A stretch of DNA of 64,000 bases from Myxococcota bacterium (GCA_965228475.1 OZ245817.1:4416001-4480000); one strand, 5' to 3'. Counted from the first letter of the stretch, positions 26,727-36,731 are shown. Translations and numbers: made by a program. Notes: a model not told the origin generated them from the sequence alone.

Positions 26727-27822
26727 GTTCGTCCGCGATGCGCGCCCGGTGCCAGGTGGCGTCCCCGAGCAGCTCGAGGCTCGACCGCGCGCGCTTGTAA
26801 TAGTGGTGCGGGGCGGCTTCGTCGGTCACGCCGATCCCGCCGTGGATCTGGATGTTGCTCGCCGCGCACTGCTGGTAGGCCTCGCTGCAGAGCGACTTGG
26901 CGAGGCTCGCGGCCTGGGGCAGCTCGGCGTCGCCTTCGGCGCAGGCCCAGGCGGCCCAGTAGGCCGCCGTCCGCGCGCCCTCGAGGGCGAGCAGCATGTC
27001 CGCACACCTGTGCTTGATCGCCTGGAACGCGCCGATCGGACGGCCGAACTGCATGCGCTCCTTGGCGTAGGCCACGGCCATCTCGAGGCACGCCTCGGCG
27101 CCGCCGAGGCACTCGAGGGCGAGCTGCGCGGCCGCCTCGTCGAGGGCCCGCGCGAGGCCGGCCGCGGCGTCGCCGCCGACCCGCACCGCCCGCGCCCCGT
27201 CGAGCTCGAGGTCCGCGAGCCGGCGCGTCGGGTCGAGGGTGGGCTGCGCGCTCGCCTTCGTTCCCGGAGCACCGGCCTCGAGCGCGAAGAGCGCCAGGCC
27301 GTCGGGCGCCCGCGCCACGACGAGCAGCAGGTCCGCCGTGTGGCCATCGACGACGAAACGTTTCGCGCCGTCGAGCATGAAGACGTCCCCGTCGGCGCGG
27401 GCCGTCATCGTGACGTCCGAGACGTCCCAGCTCGAACCCTCGACCCAGGCGAGGGTGGCCGTGCGCCGTCCGGAGGCGACGTCCGGCAGCCAGGCCGCGT
27501 GGTCCGCAGCGTCGCCGACGTGAACCAGCGCCGGCGTCGCGAGGCAGGCGGTCGCGAAGAACGGCGTGCAGGCGAGGGTGCGCCCGAGCTCCTCCTGGAC
27601 GATGCCGAGTTCCAGGGGCCCGAAGCCCTGGCCGCCGTGGGCCTCGGCGATGGCGATCCCGGGCAGGCCGAGCTCTTCGCTCATGGCCTTCCATAGCGCC
27701 GGGGCCCAGCCCTCGGCGCGGGCGCTCGCCTCGCGAACCTCGCTGAGCGGCGAGCGCTCGGCGAGGAAGCGCCGGATCTCGGCGCGGAAGGCTTCCTGTT
27801 CTTCACCGAATGCGAAGTTCAT
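26716..27822 (-). CDS. Acyl-CoA dehydrogenase
   Basis: MNFAFGEEQ, RMQFGRPIGAFQAIKHRCAD, IQIHGGIG. Confidence 0.92.
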   Translation of the reverse strand: MNFAFGEEQEAFRAEIRRFLAERSPLSEVREASARAEGWAPALWKAMSEELGLPGIAIAEAHGGQGFGPLELGIVQEELGRTLACTPFFATACLATPALVHVGDAADHAAWLPDVASGRRTATLAWVEGSSWDVSDVTMTARADGDVFMLDGAKRFVVDGHTADLLLVVARAPDGLALFALEAGAPGTKASAQPTLDPTRRLADLELDGARAVRVGGDAAAGLARALDEAAAQLALECLGGAEACLEMAVAYAKERMQFGRPIGAFQAIKHRCADMLLALEGARTAAYWAAWACAEGDAELPQAASLAKSLCSEAYQQCAASNIQIHGGIGVTDEAAPHHYYKRARSSLELLGDATWHRARIADELGF

Positions 27823-27969
27823 GGGCGGGAGGAGCCAGCGATGAGGGCGGCGGGAGGGCCGGGCGTCATGGTGGCGGGAGGGTAAGGGGCCTTCGAGAAG
27901 TCGGCCCCCGCCAATCCACCCCGGGCGGGTTCCTGTTACACCGGAGCAGTCTGACGGGGGCCGTCGAAA

Positions 27970-28005
27970 TAGAACCTGTTACAATTATTATTAGAACACG
28001 TTCCA
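27970..28005. promoter_or_regulatory. Tandem KstR operators
   Basis: TAGAACCTGTTACA (27970-27983) and TAGAACACGTTCCA (27992-28005) in the divergent promoter of two acyl-CoA dehydrogenase genes. Confidence 0.85.
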
Positions 28006-28082
28006 GCCCGTTGTGCAACCATGAATCGGAGCGGGCCGGCCGCCGAGGCCGCCCCCCACAGAAAAAGCCTTCGAGGACGAGC

Positions 28083-29267
28083 ATGTACGTCGATTTCACC
28101 GCCGAGCAGGACGCCCTTCGCATGCGCATCCGCGCCTACTACGAGGGGCTCCTGACCCCCGAGATCCGGGCGGAGCTGGCGGCGGAGGAGGACGGCGGCG
28201 CCGGCGGAACGGCCTACCGGCGGGTCGTCGCCCAGATGGGCAAGGACGGCTGGCTCGGCGTCGGCTGGCCCGAGGAGTACGGCGGCCAGGGCTTCACCCC
28301 GATCGAGCAGTTCATCTTCTGGGACGAGACCTACCGCGCGCGGGCGCCGCTTCCGATCATCCCGGTCAACACGATCGGCCCGGCGATCATGCAGTTCGGC
28401 AACGAGGTGCAGAAGAAGGAGTACCTCCCGCCGATCCTGCGCGGCGAACTCCACTTCGGCGTCGGCTACACCGAGCCCGGCTCGGGCACGGACCTGGCCT
28501 CTCTCACCACCCGGGCCGACCGCGTCGGCGACGAGTACATCGTGAACGGTCAGAAGATCTTCACGACCCACGGCCACGACTGCGACTACATCTGGCTCGC
28601 GGCGCGCACGGACCCGGATGCGCCGAAGCACAAGGGCATCTCGATCCTGCTCGTCCCGACGAGCGCCGAGGGCTACTCGGTCACGCCGATCCACACCCTC
28701 GGCGGCGAGCGGACCAACGCCACCTACTACGAGAACGTGCGCGTGCCCGTGAGCAATCTGGTCGGGCCCGAGAACGGCGGGTGGTCGCTCGTCGTCTCTC
28801 AGCTGAACCACGAGCGCATCACCCTCGCGACGCCCGGCACCGCCGACCGCCTGCTCGAGGAGGTCTGGCGCTGGGCCGCCGCGACCGATTCACCCGAGGG
28901 CGGGAAGATGATCGAGCGCGAGTGGGTGCAGACGAACCTCGCCCGGATCTACGCGAAGCTCGAAGCGCTGAAGCTCCTGAACTGGCGCTCCGCGTGGTCC
29001 CTCACCGCGGGGCACCCGCGCATGGAGGAGGCCAGTGCCGTCAAGGTGATGGGGACGGAGTTCTTCGTCGAGTGCTACCGGCTGCTGCTCGAGATCACTG
29101 GCGAGGCGGGGCTCGTGCGCGGCGGGGAGCCGGGCATGCTCTTCGGCGGGCTGCTCGAGCACGCCTATCGCAGCGCGGTCACGCTGACCTTCGGCGGCGG
29201 GGTGAACGAGGTCCAGCGCGACATCATCGCCATGGCCGGCCTCTCGCTGCCGCGGGCGCGGCGCTAG
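28083..29267 (+). CDS. fadE29: Acyl-CoA dehydrogenase, FadE29/ChsE2-like
   Basis: GYTEPGSGTDLASL, GQKIFTTHGHDCDYIWLA, TNATYYENVRVP, TFGGGVNEVQRD. Confidence 0.75.
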   Translation: MYVDFTAEQDALRMRIRAYYEGLLTPEIRAELAAEEDGGAGGTAYRRVVAQMGKDGWLGVGWPEEYGGQGFTPIEQFIFWDETYRARAPLPIIPVNTIGPAIMQFGNEVQKKEYLPPILRGELHFGVGYTEPGSGTDLASLTTRADRVGDEYIVNGQKIFTTHGHDCDYIWLAARTDPDAPKHKGISILLVPTSAEGYSVTPIHTLGGERTNATYYENVRVPVSNLVGPENGGWSLVVSQLNHERITLATPGTADRLLEEVWRWAAATDSPEGGKMIEREWVQTNLARIYAKLEALKLLNWRSAWSLTAGHPRMEEASAVKVMGTEFFVECYRLLLEITGEAGLVRGGEPGMLFGGLLEHAYRSAVTLTFGGGVNEVQRDIIAMAGLSLPRARR

Positions 29268-29319
29268 TTCTCACACGCGGCGCTAGTTCTCACACGCGGC
29301 GCTAGTTCTCACACGCGGC
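29257..29319. repeat. 19-bp tandem repeat (3.3 copies)
   Basis: CGCGGCGCTAGTTCTCACA x3 plus CGCGGC; a further partial copy GCGGCGCTAGTTC at 29334-29346. Confidence 0.92.
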
Positions 29320-29339
29320 TCCAGCTCGCGCGTGCGGCG

Positions 29340-30101
29340 CTAGTTCGCGGCGCCGAACACCTTCTTCAGGAGATCCGTGCTGCGGGCCGCCGGCTCCTTG
29401 CGGATCTTCGTTTCTTCCTGCGCGAGCACGGTGAACAGGCCCGAGAGCGCGCCGTCGGTCACGTGGTTGCGCAGGTCCGGCGGCTGCTGCCTCGAGAAGG
29501 CGGAGAGCGGGTTCGCCTCGTAACGGGCGACGAGGTCGTCGTAGAGCTTCACGAGGCCGACGGCCGACATCTTCTCCTCGACGATCGGCGCGAAGCGCCC
29601 GCGCAGCTCGTCGGAGGTCGTGCGCCGGAAGTAGTCCGTCGCGGCGGTGTCGCCGCCCTCGAGGATCCCGAAGGCATCCTCGATCGTCATCTGCTGGACG
29701 CCGTTCCAGAAGACCGAGGCCGCCTCCCCCGCCGCCTGCTCCGCCGCGCGGTTCATGGCGATCTCGAGCTCGTCGACCTGGCGCCCCATGCCGACGGCGC
29801 GCAGCGTCTTGGTCATCGTCCCGAGGGATTCGGGCGTGTGGATGCGGATCAGCTCGTTCGCGAGGAAGCCGTCGAGCTTCGAAGTGCTCGCGACCGTCCG
29901 GTCCGTTCCGACGCGCAGGGCCTCCTTCAGGCCCGCCACGACGGTCCCCGCATCGAGGGCGGCGTTCTGGGTCACCCCCGCCTGCTCGAGCACGGCGTTC
30001 AGGTCCGAGAACTTCGGCCCGCCGTCGGCGCAGCCCGTCACGAAGACGAACGGCAGGACTGCGAACCAGCTGGCGGAGCCGAGCGAGAACCGATCATGCA
30101 T
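29340..30101 (-). CDS. DUF4197 family lipoprotein
   Basis: Lipobox VTGC; GLKEALRVGT, MNRAAEQA, TAATDYFRRTT, EETKIRKEPAARSTDLLKKVFG. Confidence 0.9.
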   Translation of the reverse strand: MHDRFSLGSASWFAVLPFVFVTGCADGGPKFSDLNAVLEQAGVTQNAALDAGTVVAGLKEALRVGTDRTVASTSKLDGFLANELIRIHTPESLGTMTKTLRAVGMGRQVDELEIAMNRAAEQAAGEAASVFWNGVQQMTIEDAFGILEGGDTAATDYFRRTTSDELRGRFAPIVEEKMSAVGLVKLYDDLVARYEANPLSAFSRQQPPDLRNHVTDGALSGLFTVLAQEETKIRKEPAARSTDLLKKVFGAAN

Positions 30102-30124
30102 CCACGTGCCCTCCTGGCCCTTGC

Positions 30125-30487
30125 TTAGCGCATGTCGTCGAGGGCGGCGGCAGCGGCCTTCTCGGCGTCGTCGGCCTCTTCCTCGATCGCATCGCCGAGG
30201 TCTTCGGCGCCCTGCTCGATGCCGGCGGCCACGTCGGTCGCCGTCTCCTCGGCGGCGGCCGCGACGTCCCGAGCCGCATCTTCCGCGGCGTCGACCATCT
30301 CACGAGCCGCTTCGGTGCCCTCTTCGACGGCGCGCTCGGCCGCTTCCTTGGCTTCCGCGGCGGCTTCCTTCGCACGTGTCTCCATCCGGGCCATGGCGTC
30401 CGGCGTCGTCGCGTCTTCCTGCGCGTCTCCGCAGCCGATCATGGTGAACCCGAGCACGGCGGCGAGCAGCATTCCCTTGCGAACCAT
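30125..30487 (-). CDS. Small Ala/Glu-rich lipoprotein
   Basis: GGAGGG RBS; MVRKGMLLAAVLGFTMIGC lipobox; low-complexity helical body. Confidence 0.7.
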   Translation of the reverse strand: MVRKGMLLAAVLGFTMIGCGDAQEDATTPDAMARMETRAKEAAAEAKEAAERAVEEGTEAAREMVDAAEDAARDVAAAAEETATDVAAGIEQGAEDLGDAIEEEADDAEKAAAAALDDMR

Positions 30488-30576
30488 GTTCATTCCCTCC
30501 TGAGGACGCGATCGGTCCTCGCACAAAGATCGGGGCGACGCCCGAAGGCGCCGCCCCGAAGTGGCGGACAGTCGTT

Positions 30577-31557
30577 CTAGCGGACCCGGACGCCCAGAGC
30601 CTCGACCGTCGCGATCGTCAGGTTGCCCGTGGGCAGACCCTTCGCACGCTGGAAGGCGTTCACGGCGGTCATGGTCTGGCCACCGAGCTGGCCGTCGATC
30701 GGGCCCGGCTCGTGGCCGGCGGCCTGCAGCGCGCGCTGGATGTCGCGCACGATGCCGGGCGAAACGTTCGTCTCGCACAGGATCTCACGCCAGGCCATCT
30801 GGCCCTCGGTCACCTTCGCGGTGCGGGTCACGGTCTGGTACTCGGCCGGGATCTCGATCGTGCGGCTCTTCTCCGGCTCGACCAGGCGTCGAACGCGGAC
30901 CGTCTCGTACTTGGCCGGGATCTCGATCTTGCGCGTCGTCGGCCCCGCCGTCATCACGCGCTTGCGCACGGACTTGTACTCCTCGGGGATGGCGATCTCA
31001 CGCGTGGTCGCCGCCGACTTCAGGACGCGCTTGCGCACGACCTTGTAGGTCGCCGGAACCTCGACGAGGCACAGGATCTCGCCCGTCGTGTTGTTGACGC
31101 GCTCGATCGGGCCGCGGCCCTTCTTCCAGACGGTGTGGGCGGGCTGGTCGAGCACGCGCTCTTCCGTCCACTCGTAGACGGCCGGAACCTCGACGATCTG
31201 CTTGCTGGCCGGCTTCACGAGGACCTCTTCCGTGCGCCACTCGTACTGGGCCGGAACGACCTCGAGCCGCTCGGAGGCTTCCTGCACGAGAACCTGCTCG
31301 GTGGCCCACTCGTAGCGAGCCGGGATGACCTCGATCTTGGTGCTGGCTTCGCGCTTCAGCACGTCGTAGGAGTCCGTGCGGAACGTCGCCGGAACGAACA
31401 CGCGGGCGTAGCACTCGCCGGGGTTCGCCGAGGGCGGAAGCAGGTCGGCACCGACGAACTTCGCCGGGGCGGCGCCGACGGGCGGCGCATCTTGGGCGCT
31501 CGCCATCGGGGCGACGCCGAGGGCGACGACGGCCGCCAGGGTGGTCGTGAACTTCAT
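30577..31557 (-). CDS. Secreted peptidoglycan-binding protein with PAxY repeats
   Basis: Signal peptide; repeated (V/I)PAxY motifs; C-terminal IQRALQAAGHEPGPIDGQLGGQTMTAVNAFQRAKGL (PG_binding_1). Confidence 0.88.
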   Translation of the reverse strand: MKFTTTLAAVVALGVAPMASAQDAPPVGAAPAKFVGADLLPPSANPGECYARVFVPATFRTDSYDVLKREASTKIEVIPARYEWATEQVLVQEASERLEVVPAQYEWRTEEVLVKPASKQIVEVPAVYEWTEERVLDQPAHTVWKKGRGPIERVNNTTGEILCLVEVPATYKVVRKRVLKSAATTREIAIPEEYKSVRKRVMTAGPTTRKIEIPAKYETVRVRRLVEPEKSRTIEIPAEYQTVTRTAKVTEGQMAWREILCETNVSPGIVRDIQRALQAAGHEPGPIDGQLGGQTMTAVNAFQRAKGLPTGNLTIATVEALGVRVR

Positions 31558-31694
31558 GGGGGATCCTCTTTCGTTTCAGTGGTTCGGGTCACGACCCGGC
31601 GCCTCGCGCCGGGTCCGCATTCAACCGGTGCGGTTCTTCTTCCGCACCCGGCACAATGCTTCGTGTTTCCGGAACGTCACGAAAACGATCGGCC

Positions 31695-32036
31695 CTACTC
31701 ACTTTCCCGAAGCGGCGGGGTTTCGCGAGGGGGATCGGCCTCGGGAGCCTCGGGGCGAACCGCCGTGGCGAGGCGCCGCGCGACGGGCAGGACCGTCGAG
31801 GAGAAGAATCCGAGGGTGCAGAGGTCGACGAGGTCGTGCGCCATCAGGCGGACGTTCACCCGCGCGCGAACGCGCTCGACGAGCCCCGGCGGCTCGGGGC
31901 TCTCGTCCTCGCCCAGGCTCGAGAGCAGCAGCCGGGCGACGGTGCGGTCCCAGACCGGCGACCCTTCGGAAGAGAGGCCCGGGGCTTCCGGGTCGAGGGG
32001 AGAGTCGCCCGGAGCGCCCGGCTCCGGGCGAGACAT
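31695..32036 (-). CDS. Small hypothetical protein, paralogue of 35912..36163 (CrfX-like?)
   Basis: Starts 1 nt after the upstream stop; LVERVRARVNVRLMAHDLVDLCTLGF aligns with LPEKTIQKVRALITTRDLIDLTTLVF. Confidence 0.55.
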   Translation of the reverse strand: MSRPEPGAPGDSPLDPEAPGLSSEGSPVWDRTVARLLLSSLGEDESPEPPGLVERVRARVNVRLMAHDLVDLCTLGFFSSTVLPVARRLATAVRPEAPEADPPRETPPLRESE

Positions 32037-32037
32037 C

Positions 32038-32445
32038 TCAGTACTCGACCTTGCGCGGGAGCTCCGCGGCCTGGGCCACCCAATCCGTGACCTGCTTGGC
32101 GGAGGGAACCTGGCGGGTGAGCTTCTTTTCCTCGTTCACCTCGGCCATCTTGGCGGCGAGGTTCTCGGCGTTGCGCTGGGCGAGCTCCTTCACCGTGTCG
32201 ACGCCCGAGCACTCGAGCAGCTCCGCGTACTCGCCGGCGACGCCCTTGATGCGGAAGAGATCGGCCATGTTCACCCAGCCGAGCACGAGCTTGTCGGAGA
32301 GGTCGCACTTCTCCGCGATCTCCTTGCGGCCCTTGGGCGTGCAGCCCTTCTCGAGCAGGTCGTCCGTGGTCTTGATGCCCGCGGCCTCGAGCTTCTCGCC
32401 GTAGGCGGGGCCGATGCCTTCGATCTCCTGGATGGGCTTTCCCAT
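32038..32445 (-). CDS. DUF4332 family (HhH) protein
   Basis: IEGIGPAYGEKL, WVNMADLFRIKGV, GVDTVKELAQRN. Confidence 0.88.
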   Translation of the reverse strand: MGKPIQEIEGIGPAYGEKLEAAGIKTTDDLLEKGCTPKGRKEIAEKCDLSDKLVLGWVNMADLFRIKGVAGEYAELLECSGVDTVKELAQRNAENLAAKMAEVNEEKKLTRQVPSAKQVTDWVAQAAELPRKVEY

Positions 32446-32596
32446 TGCGTTCCTCCTTGGTTGCGGGCCTGTCCATCGGACCCGCTGCGGGCAGCATATC
32501 TCGCTGCGCCGACGGGTCCGGCGGGAACGGGCAAACCGCCCGACGTTTTCTCGGAGTTCAATGCAACGGACGGCGGCGGCGTCACACCGCGGGAGG

Positions 32597-35074
32597 TCAG
32601 GCCAGGGACGAGGCGTCGAAGAGCGGCTCGGGACGGCCCCCGGGGCCCGTCCGCCACGGGGTCCAGACCAGCAGGATCGGCTCGACGGCCAGGTCGCCCT
32701 TGCGCGGACGGACCGTACGCGTCTTCACCTCGACCGCCTCGACGTCGACGGGCATCTCGAAGGCGGCCAGGGCGTCCTTGAACTCGGCCTCGAGCGCCTC
32801 GAGCTTCTCGACCAGGGCGGCGTGCTTTTCCACGGCCCGCTCGACGTCGCCCCGCTCCTGGGAGACGCGGCCCATCGTCCGCGCCGTCGTCGCCGCGCGC
32901 CCGACGGTGCCGACGCTCTTCACCTTGCGGCCGAACAGGGCGCCGATCACGGTCGCCCCCATCGAGACCATCGTCTTCATCTTCTGGTGCTTGACCTGCT
33001 CCTGCTCCTTCTCGATGCGCGCCTCGGCCGTGCGGATGCGCTCCTCGAGCCGGGCCAGTTTCGGCCCGTAGCGCTTGCGGAGCTTCTCGACCTCGAGATC
33101 GCGCTTCTCCCGCAGGGCGTGGCGGAGGCTCCCCCGGAACTCGGCCTCGCTCTCGCCGGGCTTCGACCAGCGCTTGAGCTTCGTGTGGCCATAGAGGGTC
33201 AGCGGGTGCTCACGGTAGAGGGAACTCTTGAGCCGCTTCCCCCAGGTCCCGTAGCTCTTCGCGCGCTGGGCCTTGCCCGGCAGCGGATCGAAGGAACCCG
33301 TGGCCGGAGGCTCCCCCTCGAGCGGGGGCAGCGAGGGCAGGACCTCCGCGTCCGTCCACGGATCCGAAGCGACCGGCTCGTCGAGCAGGGCCAGGGCGTG
33401 GACGTCGCGCCAGAAATCGACGCCGGAGGTGCGGTCCGCATAGTGGAGCTGGGCCGAGCCGAGCAGCGCGGGGCGCCAGAAGATCTCCCCCGCGCCCGAC
33501 GGCCCCGGGACGAGGAAGCGTTCGGCCACCTCGGGCGGGAGGATCGGGCGGCCTTCGGCTTCGGCCTCCGCGGGCACCGGCGCGCTCTGGCTCTTCGCCG
33601 CGCGCTTGCGCTTCGTCTTCTTCGCGACCTTCTTCTTGGCCTGCTCCGCCTTCGGCGCGTCGGCGCCGGCGAGCTCGCGGATCTGTTGGCGCGTGAGCGG
33701 CCCGCGCAGGTACGAGAGCGCCCAGCGCGTGTGGAACAGGACCGGCGCGTCCTCGTGCACGTTGTTCATCAGGAAGACGCGGCTCTTCAGGCCCGAGAGC
33801 ATGCGATCCATCTCGGCCCGGTCGAAGCTCGCGCCGGAGGAGGTGGCCGCACCTTCGAGGCCGTCGAGCACGCGCAGCTTGTCGCGCTCCGCCTGGAGCC
33901 GGCCGAGGAACCAGGTGCCGCAGTTCGCGAGGCCCTTGTAGTCGAGATCCACGGGGTTCTGCGTCGAGAGCACGCAGCCCACGCCGAAGGCACGCGCCTG
34001 CTTCAAGAGCGTGAGCATCGGGCGCTTCGAGGGCGGCTCGGCGCTCGGCGGGAAGTAGCCGAAGATCTCGTCCATGTAGAGCAGCGCGCGCAGGCTCGAC
34101 GTGCCGGGCTGGCCGCGCATCCACGCGACGAGCTCGTTCAGGAGCTGGGTCACGAAGAACATCCGCTCGCGGTCCGAGAGGTGCGCGATCGAGAGCACCG
34201 CGATGCGCGGGCGGCCGTCCTCGGCATAGAGCAGGCTCCCGATGTCGAGAGGCTCGCCCTCCATCCACGCCGCGAAGCCCGGCGAGGCGAGCAGGTTGTT
34301 CATGCGCATGGCGAGCTCGAAGCGGTCGTCGGCGGGGAAGAAGCTCTCGAGGTCGAGGACGCCGAGGCGATCGAAGGGCGGTTGCTGGATCTCGGCCACG
34401 AGGCGGGCGAAGTCGAGGTCGCGGCCTTCGCGCCAGGCCCGGTCGAGCAGGTTCGAGAGCAGGATGTGCTCGCGGCTGCGGATCGGGTCCGCATCCACGT
34501 CGAGCAGCGAGAGCAGGCCCGAGACCGTGGCGGCGACGCGGTCGGCCATGGCGTCCGGATCCTCGGCGAGCTCCGGCGGCGGCGCGGCGAGCGAGCGCAG
34601 CACGCGCAGCGGCCGGCCCGCGCGGCTGCCGGGTGTATAGATCGTGAGGTCGGCGCGCTCGCGCAGGCGGCGGATGCGCTTGCCGTCCTGCCCCCAGCTC
34701 GCGAGCCCGTCCTTCCAGAGCTTCGCGGTCTTGGCCGCGTGGGAGGCGACCGTCTCGCCCTTGCGCGCGGCCTCCGCCGGGTCGATCCACGGCTCGAAGG
34801 AGGCGGCGTCGAGCTTCGGGAAGGTGAGCAGGAGGTTGCCGAGGTCGCCCTTCGGATCGATCGCGAGCGCCGGGATGCCGTCGATGGCCGCCTCTTCGAG
34901 GAGCGAGAGACAAAGCCCCGTCTTCCCGCTGCCCGTCATGCCGACGCACAGGGCGTGGGTCGTCAGATCCTTCGAGTCGTAGAGCAGCAGCTCGTCGCGG
35001 GTCTCCCCGGCCTCCGCATCCCACGTCTTGCCGAGATAGAACGAACCGAGCTTCTCGAAATCGACCTTCGCCAA
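32597..35074 (-). CDS. HerA/FtsK-like P-loop ATPase (DUF87/DUF853-like)
   Basis: Walker A GMTGSGKT, IDPKGD, Walker B LYMDE, LLKQARAFG, TQNPVDLDYK; C-terminal coiled coil. Confidence 0.88.
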   Translation of the reverse strand: MAKVDFEKLGSFYLGKTWDAEAGETRDELLLYDSKDLTTHALCVGMTGSGKTGLCLSLLEEAAIDGIPALAIDPKGDLGNLLLTFPKLDAASFEPWIDPAEAARKGETVASHAAKTAKLWKDGLASWGQDGKRIRRLRERADLTIYTPGSRAGRPLRVLRSLAAPPPELAEDPDAMADRVAATVSGLLSLLDVDADPIRSREHILLSNLLDRAWREGRDLDFARLVAEIQQPPFDRLGVLDLESFFPADDRFELAMRMNNLLASPGFAAWMEGEPLDIGSLLYAEDGRPRIAVLSIAHLSDRERMFFVTQLLNELVAWMRGQPGTSSLRALLYMDEIFGYFPPSAEPPSKRPMLTLLKQARAFGVGCVLSTQNPVDLDYKGLANCGTWFLGRLQAERDKLRVLDGLEGAATSSGASFDRAEMDRMLSGLKSRVFLMNNVHEDAPVLFHTRWALSYLRGPLTRQQIRELAGADAPKAEQAKKKVAKKTKRKRAAKSQSAPVPAEAEAEGRPILPPEVAERFLVPGPSGAGEIFWRPALLGSAQLHYADRTSGVDFWRDVHALALLDEPVASDPWTDAEVLPSLPPLEGEPPATGSFDPLPGKAQRAKSYGTWGKRLKSSLYREHPLTLYGHTKLKRWSKPGESEAEFRGSLRHALREKRDLEVEKLRKRYGPKLARLEERIRTAEARIEKEQEQVKHQKMKTMVSMGATVIGALFGRKVKSVGTVGRAATTARTMGRVSQERGDVERAVEKHAALVEKLEALEAEFKDALAAFEMPVDVEAVEVKTRTVRPRKGDLAVEPILLVWTPWRTGPGGRPEPLFDASSLA

Positions 35075-35096
35075 GGGACCCTCCTCGGCCCCTAGC

Positions 35097-35915
35097 TTAC
35101 TTGATCACCTCGTCGACGAGGCGGGCGTTCGGCACGCGGAAGGTCTTCTCGCCGTCCCGGAAGACCGTGTGCACGGGGCCGATCTCCTCGACCACGCCGC
35201 GCTCGCCGGCGACTTCGAGCTGCCGCTCGGTCGGCAGCGTCTGCCGGAGATAGTGGCCGGCGAGGATGCCGCGCATGACCGTCTGGGCCCCGAGGGCGAA
35301 GGCGAGCCCCATGCCGGCCATGACCGCCGCCACCGTGACGGTGATGACCGTCGTCAGGATCTGGGTGTCGACGCCGAGCTGCTCGAGCGTCACCACGCCG
35401 ACCATGACGACGATCGCGGTGCGGGCCACGGCGCCGAGGCCTTCGGCGTAGGAGAGGTTCGCCGCCGCGCCGCCCGAGGTGACGAGGTTCCCGACGAAGC
35501 GCGCGAGGAAGACGCCGGCCGCGAGCACCAGCGCCGCGGAGATCACGCTCGGGATGTACCCGAAGATCCGGGCGATCGCGTTCGAGACGGCCTCCATGCC
35601 GAGAATCTGCGCGCAGGCCATCAGCACCGAGATCATAACGAGCCAGTAGACGACGCCCCCGAGGATCTCGCTCGGCGTCGAGGTCATGGACGTGCGCTCG
35701 AGCGCCCGGTTCAGGCCCGTTCGATCGAGGACCGCATCGAGCCCGGCGCGGACCGACCGCTCGAGCACGGCGCGCACCAGCCGTGCAAAGAGCCAACCGA
35801 TGAGCAGCACGACGAGCGCGCCGACCAGCTTCGGCAGGAACAGCACGGCCGTCTCGATCGATTGTTGAACCATCCCGAGCAGCAGCTCGCGGATCTCGGT
35901 GAATTGCTCGGTCAT
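35097..35915 (-). CDS. Small-conductance mechanosensitive channel-like protein (CmpX-like)
   Basis: FLPKLVGALVVLLIGW and YIPSVISAALVL TM repeats; LAFALG; GVVEEIG; VPNARL. Confidence 0.85.
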   Translation of the reverse strand: MTEQFTEIRELLLGMVQQSIETAVLFLPKLVGALVVLLIGWLFARLVRAVLERSVRAGLDAVLDRTGLNRALERTSMTSTPSEILGGVVYWLVMISVLMACAQILGMEAVSNAIARIFGYIPSVISAALVLAAGVFLARFVGNLVTSGGAAANLSYAEGLGAVARTAIVVMVGVVTLEQLGVDTQILTTVITVTVAAVMAGMGLAFALGAQTVMRGILAGHYLRQTLPTERQLEVAGERGVVEEIGPVHTVFRDGEKTFRVPNARLVDEVIK

Positions 35916-36163
35916 CGGTCTTCTCCCGGGTCTTGTTCCGGTTCGTGCCCCAGGAGCGCCGCGATCAGGTCGATCAACGGCGCACAGAAGCGCAGCACGA
36001 ACACGAGCGTGGTGAGGTCGATCAGGTCCCTCGTGGTGATCAATGCACGGACCTTCTGAATCGTCTTTTCCGGCAGGTCCTCGGGCGTCTCGGAGGCGTC
36101 CTCGCGCAGGAGCTCGAGGAGCTCCTCCGCGACCTGCTCGTCGGGTCGGGGATCACTGGCCAT
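35912..36163 (-). CDS. Small protein coupled to the ECF sigma gene (CrfX-like, candidate anti-sigma)
   Basis: Overlaps both the sigma gene stop and the channel gene start; one hydrophobic segment. Confidence 0.65.
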   Translation of the reverse strand: MASDPRPDEQVAEELLELLREDASETPEDLPEKTIQKVRALITTRDLIDLTTLVFVLRFCAPLIDLIAALLGHEPEQDPGEDR

Positions 36164-36731
36164 CGTCTCCCCCCCTTCCTTCTTTGCCGGCGATGCGCCG
36201 CTCGTAGAGCTCCCGCAGGCGCTTGGCGCCCCGGGAGACCCTCATCTTGGCGGCGGACTCCGAGAGATCGAGCTCGGCCGCGATCTCCCCGAAAGTGTGC
36301 CCGTCCACGAAGCGCATGAGCAGGGGAATCCGCGTCCCCGGGTCGAGTTCGTCGAGCATCTCGAGGACGACGGCGCGCAGGGCCGGGTCCGTCGGGGTCG
36401 GACTCTGCGTCCGGGGCACCTCCACGGCGACGGCCTCGCGCTTGCGCTCGAGCTGGCTGCGCTTGCGCAGGAGCATCCGGCAGGCGTTGAGCGTCACGAC
36501 GTTCAGCCAGTGGCCGAACGGGCGTTCGAAGCGGTAGGCCGGGAGGTTCTTGAAGGCCGCCAGGAAGACGTCCTGGACGGCCTCTTCCGCATCGGCCTGG
36601 GAGCGCAGGATCCGGTAGGCGCGCTGGTAGATGCGCGGCGAGTGCCGCCGCACCAGGACGTCGAAGGACTTCGTTCCGTACGGGAGCTCGCCTTGCGCGC
36701 GCTCGACGAGCTCCCGATCCGGATCCAACAC
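36153..36731 (-). CDS. ECF RNA polymerase sigma factor (SigX-like)
   Basis: DAEEAVQDVFL (region 2), FGEIAAELDLSESAAKMRVSRG (region 4); N-terminal ELVERAQGELPYGTKSFDVLVRRH. Confidence 0.9.
   Translation of the reverse strand: MLDPDRELVERAQGELPYGTKSFDVLVRRHSPRIYQRAYRILRSQADAEEAVQDVFLAAFKNLPAYRFERPFGHWLNVVTLNACRMLLRKRSQLERKREAVAVEVPRTQSPTPTDPALRAVVLEMLDELDPGTRIPLLMRFVDGHTFGEIAAELDLSESAAKMRVSRGAKRLRELYERRIAGKEGRGGDDGQ

Noticed and set aside
29257..29346. Possible mini CRISPR array
   Set aside because: The 19-bp units are head-to-tail with no spacers, and there are no cas genes in the window.
32597..35074. HerA-based anti-phage system or conjugation ATPase
   Set aside because: No adjacent Sir2, NurA or nuclease partner, and no T4SS, integrase or compositional anomaly; the neighbours are envelope-stress genes.
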